In this document: in pieces, positions 23,863 through 35,356 of the stretch | Numbering within the stretch: position 1 is the stretch's first letter | Layout: each line of letters starts with the position of its first letter | NCBI RefSeq assembly: GCF_018350175.1 | Contig: NC_058382.1 | Location: 60,142,001 to 60,206,000 of the forward strand | Reading direction: 5' to 3' | Length of the DNA: 64,000 nucleotides | Origin: Felis catus | Taxonomy: Eukaryota | The notes under the pieces: generated by a model | What the model was told of the DNA's origin: nothing | Databases searched by the model: none | What the model saw: only the letters and a program-made list of their open reading frames with translations | Made by a program: the position numbers and the translations under genes

Positions 23863-24287
23863 GTAAGGATAGCTGCCCCTGCTGTCTTTTATTTTCCACT
23901 GGCACGGAATATCTTTTCTGTCCCTTCACTTTGAACCTGTGTGTGTTCTTAAAGCTGAAGCAAGTCTCTTTTTAGACAGCGTGCACTTGAGTCTTCGTTT
24001 TTTTTAACCCATTCGTCTAGTCTCTGCCTTTTCGATTGGATAATTTAATCCATATATACTAAAAGTAATTATTCTAAGAATAACTGGTGCCATTTCATTC
24101 ACAGTTTCCACTGCCTTCTAGCTTCCTTGTTCCTTCCTTCCTCTCTTACTGTCTTCCTTCGTGGAGTGATGATTTTCTGCAGGTGCTGTGCTCTGATGCC
24201 ATTTCCACCATCTTTTGCGTATCTTCTCTGGGGTTTTGCTTTGCTGTTACCATGAGGCTAACTTAACATTTTATGATAGTCTCTTTA

Positions 24288-24508
24288 GGGGCGTGTGGGT
24301 GGCTCAGTCGGTTGAGTGTCTGACTTCAGCTCAGGTCACGATCTCACGGTCGGTGGGTTCGAGCCCCGCGTCGGGCTCGGTGCTGACGGCTCGGAGCCCG
24401 GAGCCTGCTTCGGATTCTCTGTCTCCCTCTCTGTCTGCCCCTCCCCTGCTCACACTCTCTCTCTCAAAAATAAGTAAAAATGTTAAAAAACATTTTTTAA
24501 ATAAAAAA
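24288..24508 (+). mobile_element. Can-SINE (SINEC_Fc-like)
   Basis: ggggcgtgtgggtggctcagtcggttgag head, ggttcgagccc B-box, CT-rich body and A-rich tail. Confidence 0.95.
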
Positions 24509-25387
24509 GGCTTTTTAAAGCTGATGATCCCAATCACACGAAAAAAATACCCTTTTACATTGTCGATGTCACAGTTTACATGTTTTTATATCGTGTATTC
24601 ATTGACGAATTAGCGTAGCTATTTTTAATACTTACGTCCTTTAACGCTTACGCTAGTGTCAGTGATGAACGCGTCAGCGTACGTGTGTTAGAGTGTCGTG
24701 AACTTGACCGCGTCCTCACCTGCCTCAGTGTCTCCTGTACGTCGGTCGGTTTTCGTGCCGGTAACGAGCCTCTTTGCATCTCAGTTCTTCTCTCAAGGCG
24801 GGCTCGTGGTGAGGCTGCCCCCACACGTGTTCTCTGGAATGGCCTTATCCCCCTCGTTTCCGACCGACACCTCTGCTGGGTGTTGTGGTTGGCAGCTTTT
24901 TTCTCTCGGCGTTTTGCGTGCATCAGCCTGCCGGTTCCTGACGTCCTTCGCGCCTGCAGACAGCCTGTGTGGGTTCCCTGTGTGCAAGCAATTGTTCTTG
25001 TCTGGCTGCTTTTAAAAACCTCTCTTTTCCCTGTGGTTTTGGGGACTCGTATTATCGTGTATCCCGGGGAAGGTAGCTTGGGGTTGCAATCAGGGGTGGG
25101 GGGTGGGGAGAGGGGCTTGAGCTTTGTGAACTTGTATTTTTTGAACTGAGCTCTCTGCCCTCCTCTCCTGGGACTCCAGCAACGTGCACACCGTGTCTGG
25201 ACGTTCTCCTGTACCTCACGTTGCGTCCCTTCATGCGTCGTCTTTCCCCTTCCTGTTGGTTCCCTTGCGGATGCTTCAAGGGACACGCCTTCTGGTTCGC
25301 CGCTGCCTCTTCTCTCTTCCGCCTGCTTCGCGTCTCTGCTGAGTCTTTTAGTCACGGTATTCTTGAGCCTCGAGGTTTCTGGTTTTT

Positions 25388-25621
25388 ATCTATTTTTTAT
25401 TACTGTTTTGTAAATGATGTTTTTATTTATTTTTGAGAGAGACAGAGACAGAGCGTGAAGGGGAGGGGCAGAGAGAGAGGGAGACACAGAACCCGAGGCA
25501 GGCTCCAGGCTCTGTCTGAGCTGTCAGCACAGAGTCTGACGCAGGGCTCGACCCCACGAACTGTGAGATCATGACCTGAGCCGAAGTCGGACGCTGAACC
25601 CACGAGCCTCCCAGGTGCTCT
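25388..25621 (-). mobile_element. Can-SINE (SINEC_Fc-like)
   Basis: tttatttatttttgagagagacagagacagagc…gagatcatgacctgagccgaagtcggacgct; imperfect TSD (…tctggttttt). Confidence 0.93.
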
Positions 25622-26429
25622 GGGGTATCTGGTTTTTTAAAAAAATGTTTTCCATTTCTTTTCTGGACTCCATTCTCATTTTGTTCACACGTTGTGTCCT
25701 AATTTCATTCAGTTGTCTGTGTTTTCTTGTCTATTGTGTTTCTTTAAAAGCATTATTCTGAATTCTTTTCAGACATTTCATGGATCTCCCTTTCTTTGGG
25801 GCCACTCGTCGCTTTATTGGTTTCCTTTTGAGGTGTCGTGTTTCCTTGATTGTTGTGATCCCGTGGCCTTGTGTTGACATCTGGACGTTTCGAGAAGCGG
25901 GCACCCGTTCTGGTCGGTACAGATGGGCTCTGGCAGGGAAGCCTTCGCAGGCAGCCCGTCCGGGAACCGCGGTGAGCCGTCTGGCGGGTCGTGGTGGGCT
26001 TGCCGCTGGAGTCCTCGGGTGGGCGGCCTGGTGCCTGGGGGTGCAGGGTCAGGTCTGGACCCTGAGTTCACGGCGGGCCATGCCTGGAGTCTGTGGGGCA
26101 CTCGGGCACAGAGCGGATGCCCCTGCCCCCGGGAGCGCATCTGTGTCTGTGCTGGGGGTGATGCGAAATGGTCTTGTCTGAGCTGCGCTCCCCCCGGGCG
26201 CTCCGACCCGTCACCCGGGCTCCTCCACGCTTGCCGAGATGTTCTCCTGTGTGGGCGGTGGTTCAACCCGATGTTTCCGGGAGGGGACGACGCCAGAAGC
26301 CCCCGTGCTGATGCCGCTCAGCAGCTCCCGTCTTCGCGGACTCGCATGTACAGCTTAAAGTGTTGTCACAAGGACAACTCCGGGCGCGTGTGACTGCGCG
26401 GGGCGGTGTCTCCGGATGCTTAAGAAAGA

Positions 26430-28400
26430 GAAGCACTCTGTTGCACGCTCTTTCACGAAACAGAAGAGGCTTGTGTCCCGTCTTGTTTCACGAGGCAGCG
26501 TAACCTTGGGGCTAAAACCTGACGAGGACGGGAGGGAGGGAGGGAGGGAGAGGAAGAGAGAGAGAGATGGTTATAGAGCAGTGTTTCTCTTGAAAATCCC
26601 AACAGTTGTAAACAAAGTGTGGACGAGCTGGACCTGCTAATATCGAATGGTAACGTGTTATGGCCCAGGTGGGTGGGATTCAGGAATGCAGATTTGTATA
26701 TTTTTTAAAATGCACGTAGTTTACCACATTAATGAGATAAAGCATGATCTTGATAGACTCAGAAAAATCATTTGTACAGTTCGATACCTACTCAAGATTA
26801 AGAGGCAAGAGTGCTTTTAGCAAACCAGGAATAGAAAGGAACTTTCTTAATCTAATCAAATGAGAAATCTGTGACAGACATCCTGCTTAACTGTGAAATG
26901 TCAAAAGCTCTGTCCCCGAGATGGATTGAGGCAGGACCGGCTGCTCAGCACTGCTGGGGTCCCCACGCTGCAACACTAGCCAGAAAAGGGGATTTAAGGG
27001 TGCCGGGCTTGAAAACCCAGAAACAGAACTGCCACCATTTGCAGAGATAATGTTACCTGTGAAGAAAATCGAAAGAAATCCAGATTCACAGGCAACCTAT
27101 TAAAAGCAGGGAGAGAAGTTTAGCAAGGTTGCTGGCCGCGTGCCCAACGTACAAGAATCGATTCTTATTACCAGGAACAATCAATAATGATCACTTGTTT
27201 GTTTATTTACATTTTTTATTTAAAAAAAAAAATTTACATTTTTTATTTTAAAGCTGAAGTGAGAGAGCTGAAGGGGCAGAGACAGAGGGACAGAGGTCAG
27301 ATCCAAGAGGTGGGGCTCAGACCCACAAACCTCGAGATCGTGACCTGAGCTGAAATCCGAGTGGGACGCTTAACTGACTGGGCCCCCCAGGTATCCCCTG
27401 ACGACTGACTTGTCACAGGGTTTCGGACCCTTAAGTTATGTGGAAACTAACAAAAGGTAAGTAACAGGAAACTAAAATACTCTTGGAGGAAACCTAAGAG
27501 ATGTAGGTGTTTGGCACGTCTGTGGATTGATTAGAAGCTTCAAGGTGTCCTTTCTTCCCTAAATGGTGGATCACTGCAATTCCAGCTGAACTCGAAATGG
27601 GGACTTTTGCGTAAACTGACAAGCTTGTTCGAGAAGGTATTTGAAAATGCAAAGGGCCAAGAAGACCGTCCTAAGGACTGAACAACTCTGGAGGGCGGTG
27701 TGGCGTTACCATGAGCGTGGGATCGGGCTCCTGGAGGCAGAGCCATCCGAGGCACCCCGCAGCCCAGAGGAGGGGCAGTGTTGTCCACGGGCGGTGTCCG
27801 AGTCAGTCAGATCCCCACAGGGCAGCGGTCGGGGACCCCCTTCACAGCATACACAGAAACCAGTGGCGGGGGTGGGGCACACGTAGAGGACCGGCACGAA
27901 ACTTCCGGCAGGCAAACGATGGTGCTCTCTGCACGACCCTGGAGCTCCAGAGGTGTCTGTCACCAGATGCGGAAGTTCCGCGTGCAGTGGCAGCGCCCGG
28001 CAGCGGGGGCCTCTGGTTCATCCAAAGGCGCCGGTAGAGAAGGGACAGGTGTTGTCCGTCTTTTTAGCCCACAAAGGACACGGGCTCAGGGTCTGCGAGG
28101 TCGTGAGGTTCCCTGTTATCCGAAGGTGAACAGACAGACCCGTGTCTAAAGGGACCAGACAGATGGAGGAGGGAAGCCATGGTGATGATTTCTGGAGACG
28201 AGGGTAGAAGTGCCCGTCGCTCTTTGCTGACGAATTATTTAACGAGTGGTGAATTTTTGTCACGCGAACAGATGCTTCGAAAACCCACAAATGGCCACTA
28301 AACATCTGAAAAAGTGCTCGATCTCACTGGTCCGATCCAAGCCACCACGAGACACCTCAGGGTCGCTAAGATGTAAAGGACTGGCGGGATCGATGGCCGT
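26430..28400 (+). mobile_element. Ancient L1M ORF2 (RT region to 3' part) relic
   Basis: gaggcagcgtaaccttg…aaaacctgac, atagactcagaaaaatcatttg (DAEKAF-like), ggaatagaaaggaactttcttaatctaat, tttagcaaggttgctgg, caaatggccactaaacatctgaaaaagtgctc. Confidence 0.8.
27197..27398 (-). mobile_element. Can-SINE, diverged
   Basis: gagatcgtgacctgagctgaaatccgagtgggacgcttaactgactg…cccaggtatcccc with an upstream T-rich tail. Confidence 0.85.
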
Positions 28401-29084
28401 GAGCTCCGGCCTGTGCACGGTGACGTGTGCAAGGTGGGAGTCAGTGCGGGGCCTAGCGCCCCTGCGGTCCAGCAGCCCGCGTGAGCCCTGCAGTGCAGTG
28501 GGAACGCCTGGAGGCCTAAAGGCTGAGGCCAGCAGGTGGCCCGGGAGCTGGCGTGGGTGGGACAGGCAGGCCGGCCGCTGGCATTAGAAGCCCCCGGGGA
28601 GGAAGGGGTCGTGGTGGCAGGCGAGCCTGGCCTCGCTGTGGTCCTTGATCTGGGTGCGTCGCCGTGTGAGGACGACGCCCTCGGGTCGCTCTTGAATTTA
28701 AAAGGTCAGTTTTTAGGTAAAACACGCGAAAGACAGAAGTTTGCCACCAGGAGACGTTTTAAAGAAGTTTTCGAGACCATCCTTTTGGCAAAGGGAGCGC
28801 GATCCCAGACAGAAGATCCTGGGGGACAGGCCAGTGCAGACGCGTGAGCGGTCGGAGAAGCCCCACGAAGAAGACCGCGTCTGCGGGCCTAGAAGGAAAA
28901 CAAAGGGGGCACATCGTGAAGGGAGCATTCGGAGGAATGGAGGAAGCAGAGTTTGGGTTTGGGTCCGTCAGGCTGTAGCTCTTCATCCACTAATAGACTA
29001 GAAAGCGCGTGTAGCCAAACTAAGTGGGGGGGGGGGGCGCTGAAGGGTGTGTCGATCAAGAGCACGGCCTGGTCTAACCTCAGA

Positions 29085-29252
29085 ATGTCGCCCAGTGCAA
29101 CTCAGCACGTGAACAGACTGGAGGAGAAGGACGAGAGCGTCTCCACGGAAGCAGAAGCGGCTCTCGATAGTTCATTCAGAAGGTTGAAGGGGATTGTCAG
29201 CGTTCTAGAAATGAAAGGGAACCCCTTAACCCGATCAAGGGTTTCCACAAAC
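29085..29252 (+). mobile_element. LINE-1 reverse-transcriptase fragment
   Basis: The translation QHVNRLEEKDESVSTEAEAALD…LEMKGNPL resembles L1 ORF2 HHINR.K.KNHMIISIDAEKAFD…LGIEGNFL. Confidence 0.65.
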
Positions 29253-30369
29253 ACGGGACGCCAGATGGCGCGCCGCACAGGTACCTGGACCCGGGAGCGC
29301 GGCGAGGGCGCCGGGCCTCACCTGGGCTGGGTGGGAGGGGAGGGCCCGCGGGGCAGGAACTCAGCATTCGCCGCTGTGCCCGGTCTGGCATCTGTGATGT
29401 TGGTGTCGCTTTTCTCGAGGAGGTCCCACAAAACCTGGATCTGCCCCTTACCGGGTCACCAGCTCCCGGACTTCTGGGAGCCGGTGGCCGAGGGACACAG
29501 AGGGAAAGGCGGCGGCCGTGGGACCGGAATGTGGGCAGTGGGCCCGGTTTTCAGCTCACTTCCTGGGCAGCGTCCCTGGGACCCTCTGGCCCGGCCTATC
29601 ACGGGAAACCACCCGGAGGCCGGCCCACAGGCCTGATCCGGCTTACACGTCCCCCCTGTGGCTCCGCCCACGTCCAGCCCAGCCCCATGCCGGCCAGCCA
29701 GGCCGTCAGGAGGTGGTGAGCCTCGGGTCTGGCCCCTTGCCCCTGGCCGCCGGCCCCGTTCCCCGCAAGGACCTCCCCGTGTGACGGACGGCACAGGGGC
29801 CCCTGATCCTCGGCCAGGCCGAGGGGGCGTGGGCCGGGCCTCTCTGTGGATCCCAGGCTCTCTCCGCCTGCCCCGGGAAGAGGCAGACCTCAGTGAGGGC
29901 CTCATGCTGGCCGGCGAGCCTGGGGCAGCTCCGGGAATCCCCCCGAGCCAGACCCGGCTTGCTTATCACAGCTAAGCTGCTCCGTCTTCCTCGCTGGCTC
30001 CCTCCGGCCCGTGCCGCGTCTGCCACTGGTGGGCGTTCAAGAATGATCTCAGCGCCGTGGGTGTAGCTGACTTCAGGCCCGTGGCCGCTGATGACAAGGA
30101 AAGCCTGTGCTTGCTCTGTTTGGAGTCTGTCACAGACTCACAGATGGATCTCTTGTGTCCTTCGTAAAGTTTGCTTTACCCTCGCGCCTCTCTGGGCGGC
30201 CGGACCAGGGCCCCGGAGGCCCAGGGGACTGCCCGAACGCTCCCAGCCCCGCCTCAGCCCTCTCTCCTCCCACTGAGCCGCGGGGCCGGGGGCGTCATTT
30301 TGTCCGTGAGCATGGGTGCCAGGGCCTCGTGGACTGACGGGGGACAAAGGTGGGTCACAGGAGGACCCC

Positions 30370-30490
30370 GTGGTTCTCAGCCAGGGGTGTTCTGACCCCC
30401 CCATGGGACGATGGCCAACATCTGAAGACATTTTTGGTTATAGCGGGGGGAAGTGAGTGGCACTGGCGTCTGGTGGGTAGAGGCGCGATC
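30370..30490. mobile_element. MER20 (hAT-Charlie) DNA transposon fragment
   Basis: gtggttctcagccaggggtg…tctgaagacatttttggtt…actggcgtctggtgggtagaggc matches the recalled MER20 consensus. Confidence 0.8.
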
Positions 30491-31569
30491 CAGGACCTGT
30501 GGGCACTTGGAGTGAGGAGGGACAGGGAGGCTGGGAATCGGGGGAGGGAGGAAGAAGAAGGAGAGAAGACACCAAAGGCCCCGACTTCCCCAGCGAGGCC
30601 AGGTGTCCCTCAGAGAGCATGGCTGGCTTCTTGTCCCCGTGCCGTCCCTTCCTTTCCTTGTCTGGACTTAGGGCAGCAGCAGGGGCGCTGTGAGGGCAGG
30701 AGGGGGAGGGGATGCCTTGGCCCAAGGGGGGTCCGGCCCTGCCGTCTGCCTGCTCTGGAGGAGCGGGCGCTGGACGGGCTTCTGTGGATGCTCAGGGTGC
30801 AAGGGGCACACCTGTCCCTCGGGCCTTTGCTCAGGCCAATGCCCTGGGGACTTCTTCACTAGCCAACCCCTGGGACGGCCTGGCGGTCCTACAGACTGGG
30901 CCGTCCTGTGGGCTGAGGCCCTGGGCGGCAGAGCACGTGTGGGAGGTGGGGGGGGTGCTCAGCTCAGATGAGGGGAGGCCGGGGACAGACTGGCAGAGCG
31001 GAGGGTGTGGACGGCCAGCCCCGTACCCAGGGGCGACGCTGGCCTGGGAGGTGGAGGGGGACGCGCGGACACCCCGGGCCGGCGCGGCAGGTCCCACAAA
31101 GGCAAGGGAGTGGCCCGCGACCACGGCCGCCTGCCGTGCGGGGCGGTGGCAGAAGTGGGCTGTCGTGACCCGCACCTTAGTGCGAGGGCTCGGCTCCCGC
31201 GAACTCGGACCTGCTCCCACAAGGCCCGGCGTGCTGTCCGAATGGAAAACGGCACCCCCGTAGTCCATCTGAGCCCCGTCCCAGTCGGGCCAGAGAGCAG
31301 AGGGCCCATCCGTCCAACCGTGCCCTGTCTCAGGCGGTCACGTCCGTCTCCTTCCGTCCACGTGGGTCTCCGCTTGGCCACGGTGCTCGGCCATATTGTA
31401 GGATCCGTATTGTCCCCTGGAGAGGAGATCCCTGTGGGGCGGGAACAGCAGCAGCTGAGGCTGTGCCTCTTGGGGGGCCCTTTGGAGGAGGGGGCAGAAT
31501 TTCACTCAAGTCCATTACTGGCCATGGGAACATGAACTGTTTAATACAGTGTTTGCCAGGGCCCTCCAC

Positions 31570-31980
31570 TGCAAATTATTCTTATCTTCTCTGTTATATG
31601 AAGTATTTTGCACAAAAATATTTTAAAACTGTGTAAACATTTCGTGCTTCCTTAAACTTCCACTTCTTTGCCCATTCATTTATCTGAGTTTGAGCTCATG
31701 AACTACATTTTTTTTTAACCCAGAGAGTTATCTCTTTCTCTCGGTGAGCCCCGCCAAGCTGGCTCCCGAGCGTGGTGACGGCCCCGGGGCTCCTGGACGG
31801 CGTCCTGGCTGCCTGGTGTGTCAGAGTTTTGTAGGAGCGCCTGGCGTTTCCCTGCCCGACTGCAGCCTCTCATCTCTGTAGGGAGTCCTGGTCACTTTTA
31901 GTGGAAGATGGTACTTAGAAACCAAGATCTGGGTGCCGCGGGTGCTCACGACCCTGGCACTGGGGCATCACTGCTCCCTG
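31570..31980 (-). mobile_element. L1MC4/5-like 3' UTR fragment
   Basis: cctggtcacttttagtggaagatggtacttagaaaccaagatctgggtgc is characteristic of this group. Confidence 0.7.

Positions 31981-31982
<2 letters not shown>

Positions 31983-32018
<36 letters not shown>
31983..32018. repeat. (GT)18 microsatellite
   Basis: Perfect dinucleotide run. Confidence 0.98.
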
Positions 32019-32020
<2 letters not shown>

Positions 32021-33976
32021 GTCCGTGCAGACATATCCATTCACTCAACACAAGGATACACATTTATCTGCTGTTGAATTTCCCTGGTCAGCCAACTGCC
32101 AGCTTCCTCCCTTTGTTGAGCGGTCTGCATTTTCGCTTCCTTGATGCACAGAACTCTCTGCTTGATCCTTGCTAAGATTCTGTGGCCGGTGGGAGGCATC
32201 TCTCCCAAGCCTGTCATTGGACAGATGGGGCGGCCACGGCCCACCAGGAAATCTGGACCAATGGCAGAACTCAGGAATTGTCACCGAGGCTCTCCAGACA
32301 GGTTCCGGAAAGAGCTGCCGGCGTCTCCCGCGTGCTTCGTAAGAGCAAAAAGCGTACAGGCTGTCTGCATCCAAGGTGATTCTGTGGACCGTGGGTCGGG
32401 GCATCCGCCGCGGACCTCTGGACGCCGGCTGGAGGTCGGGGGCAGCGGGCGATGGTGGGAGGGAGTTCTCCGGCCTGAAGCGCGGAGAGGCAAGAGGAGA
32501 GGGTGTTGTAGCAGGATAGCGGGTTTGGCTCCAGGGCCGTGTCCGAGGGCGGCTGGGACTTCGTGTTTTCTGAGGTCATGAAGGAGCCCCTGGCTCTTGA
32601 GGCCACAGGACAGCTCCGCTTCATGCCCTGGCCCCTGGGCCGGTGGAGCCTTCCACTCGTTGGACTTTCTGTGGAGCAGGGAGAGGGGCAGAGAGAAGCG
32701 AGTTCAGCCTGAACCCTCGGTCATCCAGTGTTCACGTGCCCTCTCTCTGCCGTAGGCAAGGCGCTCTGTCTTCCCCACCTGGAGGCGGTTAATTAGAAGG
32801 AAAATCATGCCCTCTTGTGCCGCACTTCCTTTGTCAGGGCACGGGGCCAGTCCCCCGGGCCAAGCCAGCCCTCACCTGGAGGTTGCCACCCTCATTTGCT
32901 GATCTGCCTGCTCTGGCCCGTAGGACCCCAGCCCCTTCTTTGTCCCAGGTTCGGCTGCGGAATGGCCTGGCTGGGGTCAAAAGCACGGAAGGAAGGTTCT
33001 CAGGAGGCTCAGACACAGGGGCGGCTTTAAATCCCCAAATTCCTGGCTGACCGGGGCTTTCTCCATCCCGCAAGGCTGAACAGCTCCCGGGGCTGAGCCA
33101 CGAGGGGCCACCGGCCACGGGGGTCCTCGCCACTGAACACCTTGCCTTGAAAGGAAACGTGCTCCCTGCTGTAGGAGCAAGAGAACGTGGGAGGGAATGT
33201 TGGCCAGTGACACGGGGGGTGCTTGGAATTCAGGAAGGGGGTTCTGACTGGTACCATGTGTCATTAGGACAGGCCGTCAGCCTTCACTCCAGCCTCCAGG
33301 TTACTGGCTGATGATTCTCCCCATCTTCCTGCATGGATGGCTCAGCCCTCGCGCGTCCAGACCTCTCTTCCCCCTGATGTCCTTTCTCAACCTGAACTTC
33401 GTGGCTCCTTGTGCCTCCTGGGTAAGGAGTCCCCCAGTTAAATTCTGCCACATTGACTGGCATTTCTTTTCTTGGTCCGTAAACACCGTTTCAAGGATCA
33501 AAATGACCTAATGTTTTGCAGTGGTCATGGGAGACTAAAATCCAATGAATTGTCCATTTTGGTGAAACGTGTAGCATCTTAATTATAGCACAATAAAGCT
33601 GTGATTTTTTTTTTAAAGGGCCTTACCATTCTAATTAAAATAAGTGAGTTAATCATAGCAGCATAACTCTCTGCTCTGGCATTTCATCATTCTCTTAATT
33701 CCTTTGGCCTTCCCATAAATTTGGTCTTCCAATAAATGGGTGTAGAAGGGAGGTCAGACGCCATCATCATCTCTTTGCATGACAGTCCCAGTCCCAGATA
33801 GGGAGTGGTAGGGCTAAGACAACCCATAGATTTTGACCTGGGCTCTTCCATTGTGCTCGCCATCAGTTGACGTTCTATGATTTCACACTGGTCACCATCC
33901 TGGTCCAGTCGGGTCATTTTCAGATTGATTGGTCTGAGTCTCTTGACCTTTTCATTGTTTTTCTCTGAACCTCTTT

Positions 33977-34194
33977 TTTTTTTTAATTTTTTAACGTTTA
34001 TTTATTTTTTGAGAGAGACAGAGACAGAGCAGGAGCAGGGGAGGGGCACAGAGAGGGGGAGACAGAATCCGAAACAGGCCCCAGGCTCCGAGCCGTCAGC
34101 ACAGAGCCCGACGCGGGGCTCGAACTCACAAACCGTGAGATCGTGACCTGAGCCGAAGTTGGACGCCCAACCGACTGAGCCACCCAGGCGCCCC
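33977..34194 (-). mobile_element. Can-SINE (SINEC_Fc-like), full length with TSD
   Basis: Near-consensus body. The 15-bp TSD tctctgaacctcttt is at 33962-33976 and 34195-34209. Confidence 0.97.
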
Positions 34195-34236
34195 TCTCTG
34201 AACCTCTTTCATTTAGACCCGTCTCTAGGACAACAC

Positions 34237-34655
34237 TGTGGTGGTCAGCCTCCAAGATGACCCCACCAATCCGTGCCTCTTGTATTCACTATCTTCCCAC
34301 CTGGGATCAGGGCTGCTTCAAGTGACCGCTGGACTATGGCGGGGCTGACAGAGTTGACCTCTGAGGCTGAGCTGTAAAAGGTATTGCAGCTTTATCTTGC
34401 AGCCCCATGGAGAGGCCACTTGGAGAGACACTGAATTCTGTGGCCAACAGCACCAACTTGCCAGCCGTGTGATGCAGCCACCTCGGAAGAGATCCTCGCG
34501 GCCATACCTTCAGATGAGACTGCAGCCCCAGCCAACGTGAGTCCACAGCTGCACAAGACCCCAAGCAAGAATGCCCGATAAAGCCCTTTCCAGACAAGGG
34601 GGTCCCAGTTACACGGCGAGCAGCCATGTTGCCTGCAGCAATATGGAAAATAAAT
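34237..34655. mobile_element. MLT1 (F/G/H-like) LTR
   Basis: tgtggtggtcagcctccaagatgacccc…, cagcaccaacttgccagcc, ccttcagatgagactgcagccccagccaac. Confidence 0.75.
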
Positions 34656-34672
34656 CACCTGATGGGCTGAGC

Positions 34673-34731
34673 GATGGAGCGAGATTTGTGATGGAGCGAG
34701 ATTTGTGATGGAGCGAGATTTGTGAGGGAGC
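34673..34731. repeat. 17-bp tandem repeat (GATGGAGCGAGATTTGT)x3 plus a partial unit
   Basis: Three identical units at 34673, 34690 and 34707, with no spacers. Confidence 0.95.
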
Positions 34732-34920
34732 TCAGAGGGCAGCTTGTCCCAGTAGCTCGTAATGAAAGGCGTGAGGGGAGAGAGAAGCCCCCCACGGACG
34801 GCTGTTAGATATCCAGGAGACTCCTTCCTTGATTGGAAATCTGTTTCTCATTCATGGTGGCAAACAGTGCTAAAAATAAGAAATGGGAGGCGTGTGGACC
34901 ATTTGGGGATTCAGGACAGA

Positions 34921-35356
34921 CTGTTGGGCCAGCCTCCAAGGTGGCCTCAACGATCCGCTCCTCGTGGTGTTCACCCCCTGTGCCGGCCCCTCGCACAGCG
35001 AGCCTGGGCCGGGTCCATGTGAGCAGTGTATTACGGCGGAAGTGAGCGCGGGGCTCCTCCTTGACGTGAGATTATAAATGCCTTGCGGCTCCTGCCTCCG
35101 TCTGCTGGGGAAGCCAGCCGCCATGCCGTGAGGACCCTCCACAGGCATGTGGGGAGGAGCTGAGGCCCCCAGCTGGAGCCAGCCAGCTTACTAGCCGGTG
35201 AGGGGCCCCGGTCCAGCCTTCAGATGAGACCGCAGGGCATAGCCCAGGTGAAAACTGCCCAGCCCACAGAAAGGGCGAGAGAGAGCAAGTAATTTTGCTG
35301 TTCACAGCCATCAGTTTTGGGGTGGTTTGCCACACAGCACGAGGTTACCGAAACAA
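34921..35356. mobile_element. MLT1 (F/G-like) LTR
   Basis: cagcctccaaggtggcctcaacgatcc…, ccttcagatgagaccgcag, ending agttttggggtggtttgccacacagca…aaaca. Confidence 0.75.

Larger units (their letters stand above)
21340..26100 (-). mobile_element. Antisense LINE-1 relic (ORF2 3' end through ORF1/5' region), interrupted by an L1 3' end and two SINEs
   Basis: Classic antisense L1 strings: gaggaacctccacactgtttcc, ttggaggaatgtctgttcaggtcctttgtccatt, ccttgttcctgatcttag, atcagggtaatgctggccttgtaaaatgagtttgg. The ORF track shows KKKDNPIKK and ETVWRFLKK fragments. Confidence 0.85.

Noticed and set aside
28953..29636. 227-aa ORF as a novel reverse-transcriptase gene
   Set aside because: Only about 50 aa resemble decayed L1 ORF2, and the catalytic motifs are absent.
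34673..34731. CRISPR-like array (also considered for 53592-53647 and 61370-62575)
   Set aside because: The units are directly adjacent with no unique spacers, there are no cas genes, and the DNA is mammalian.
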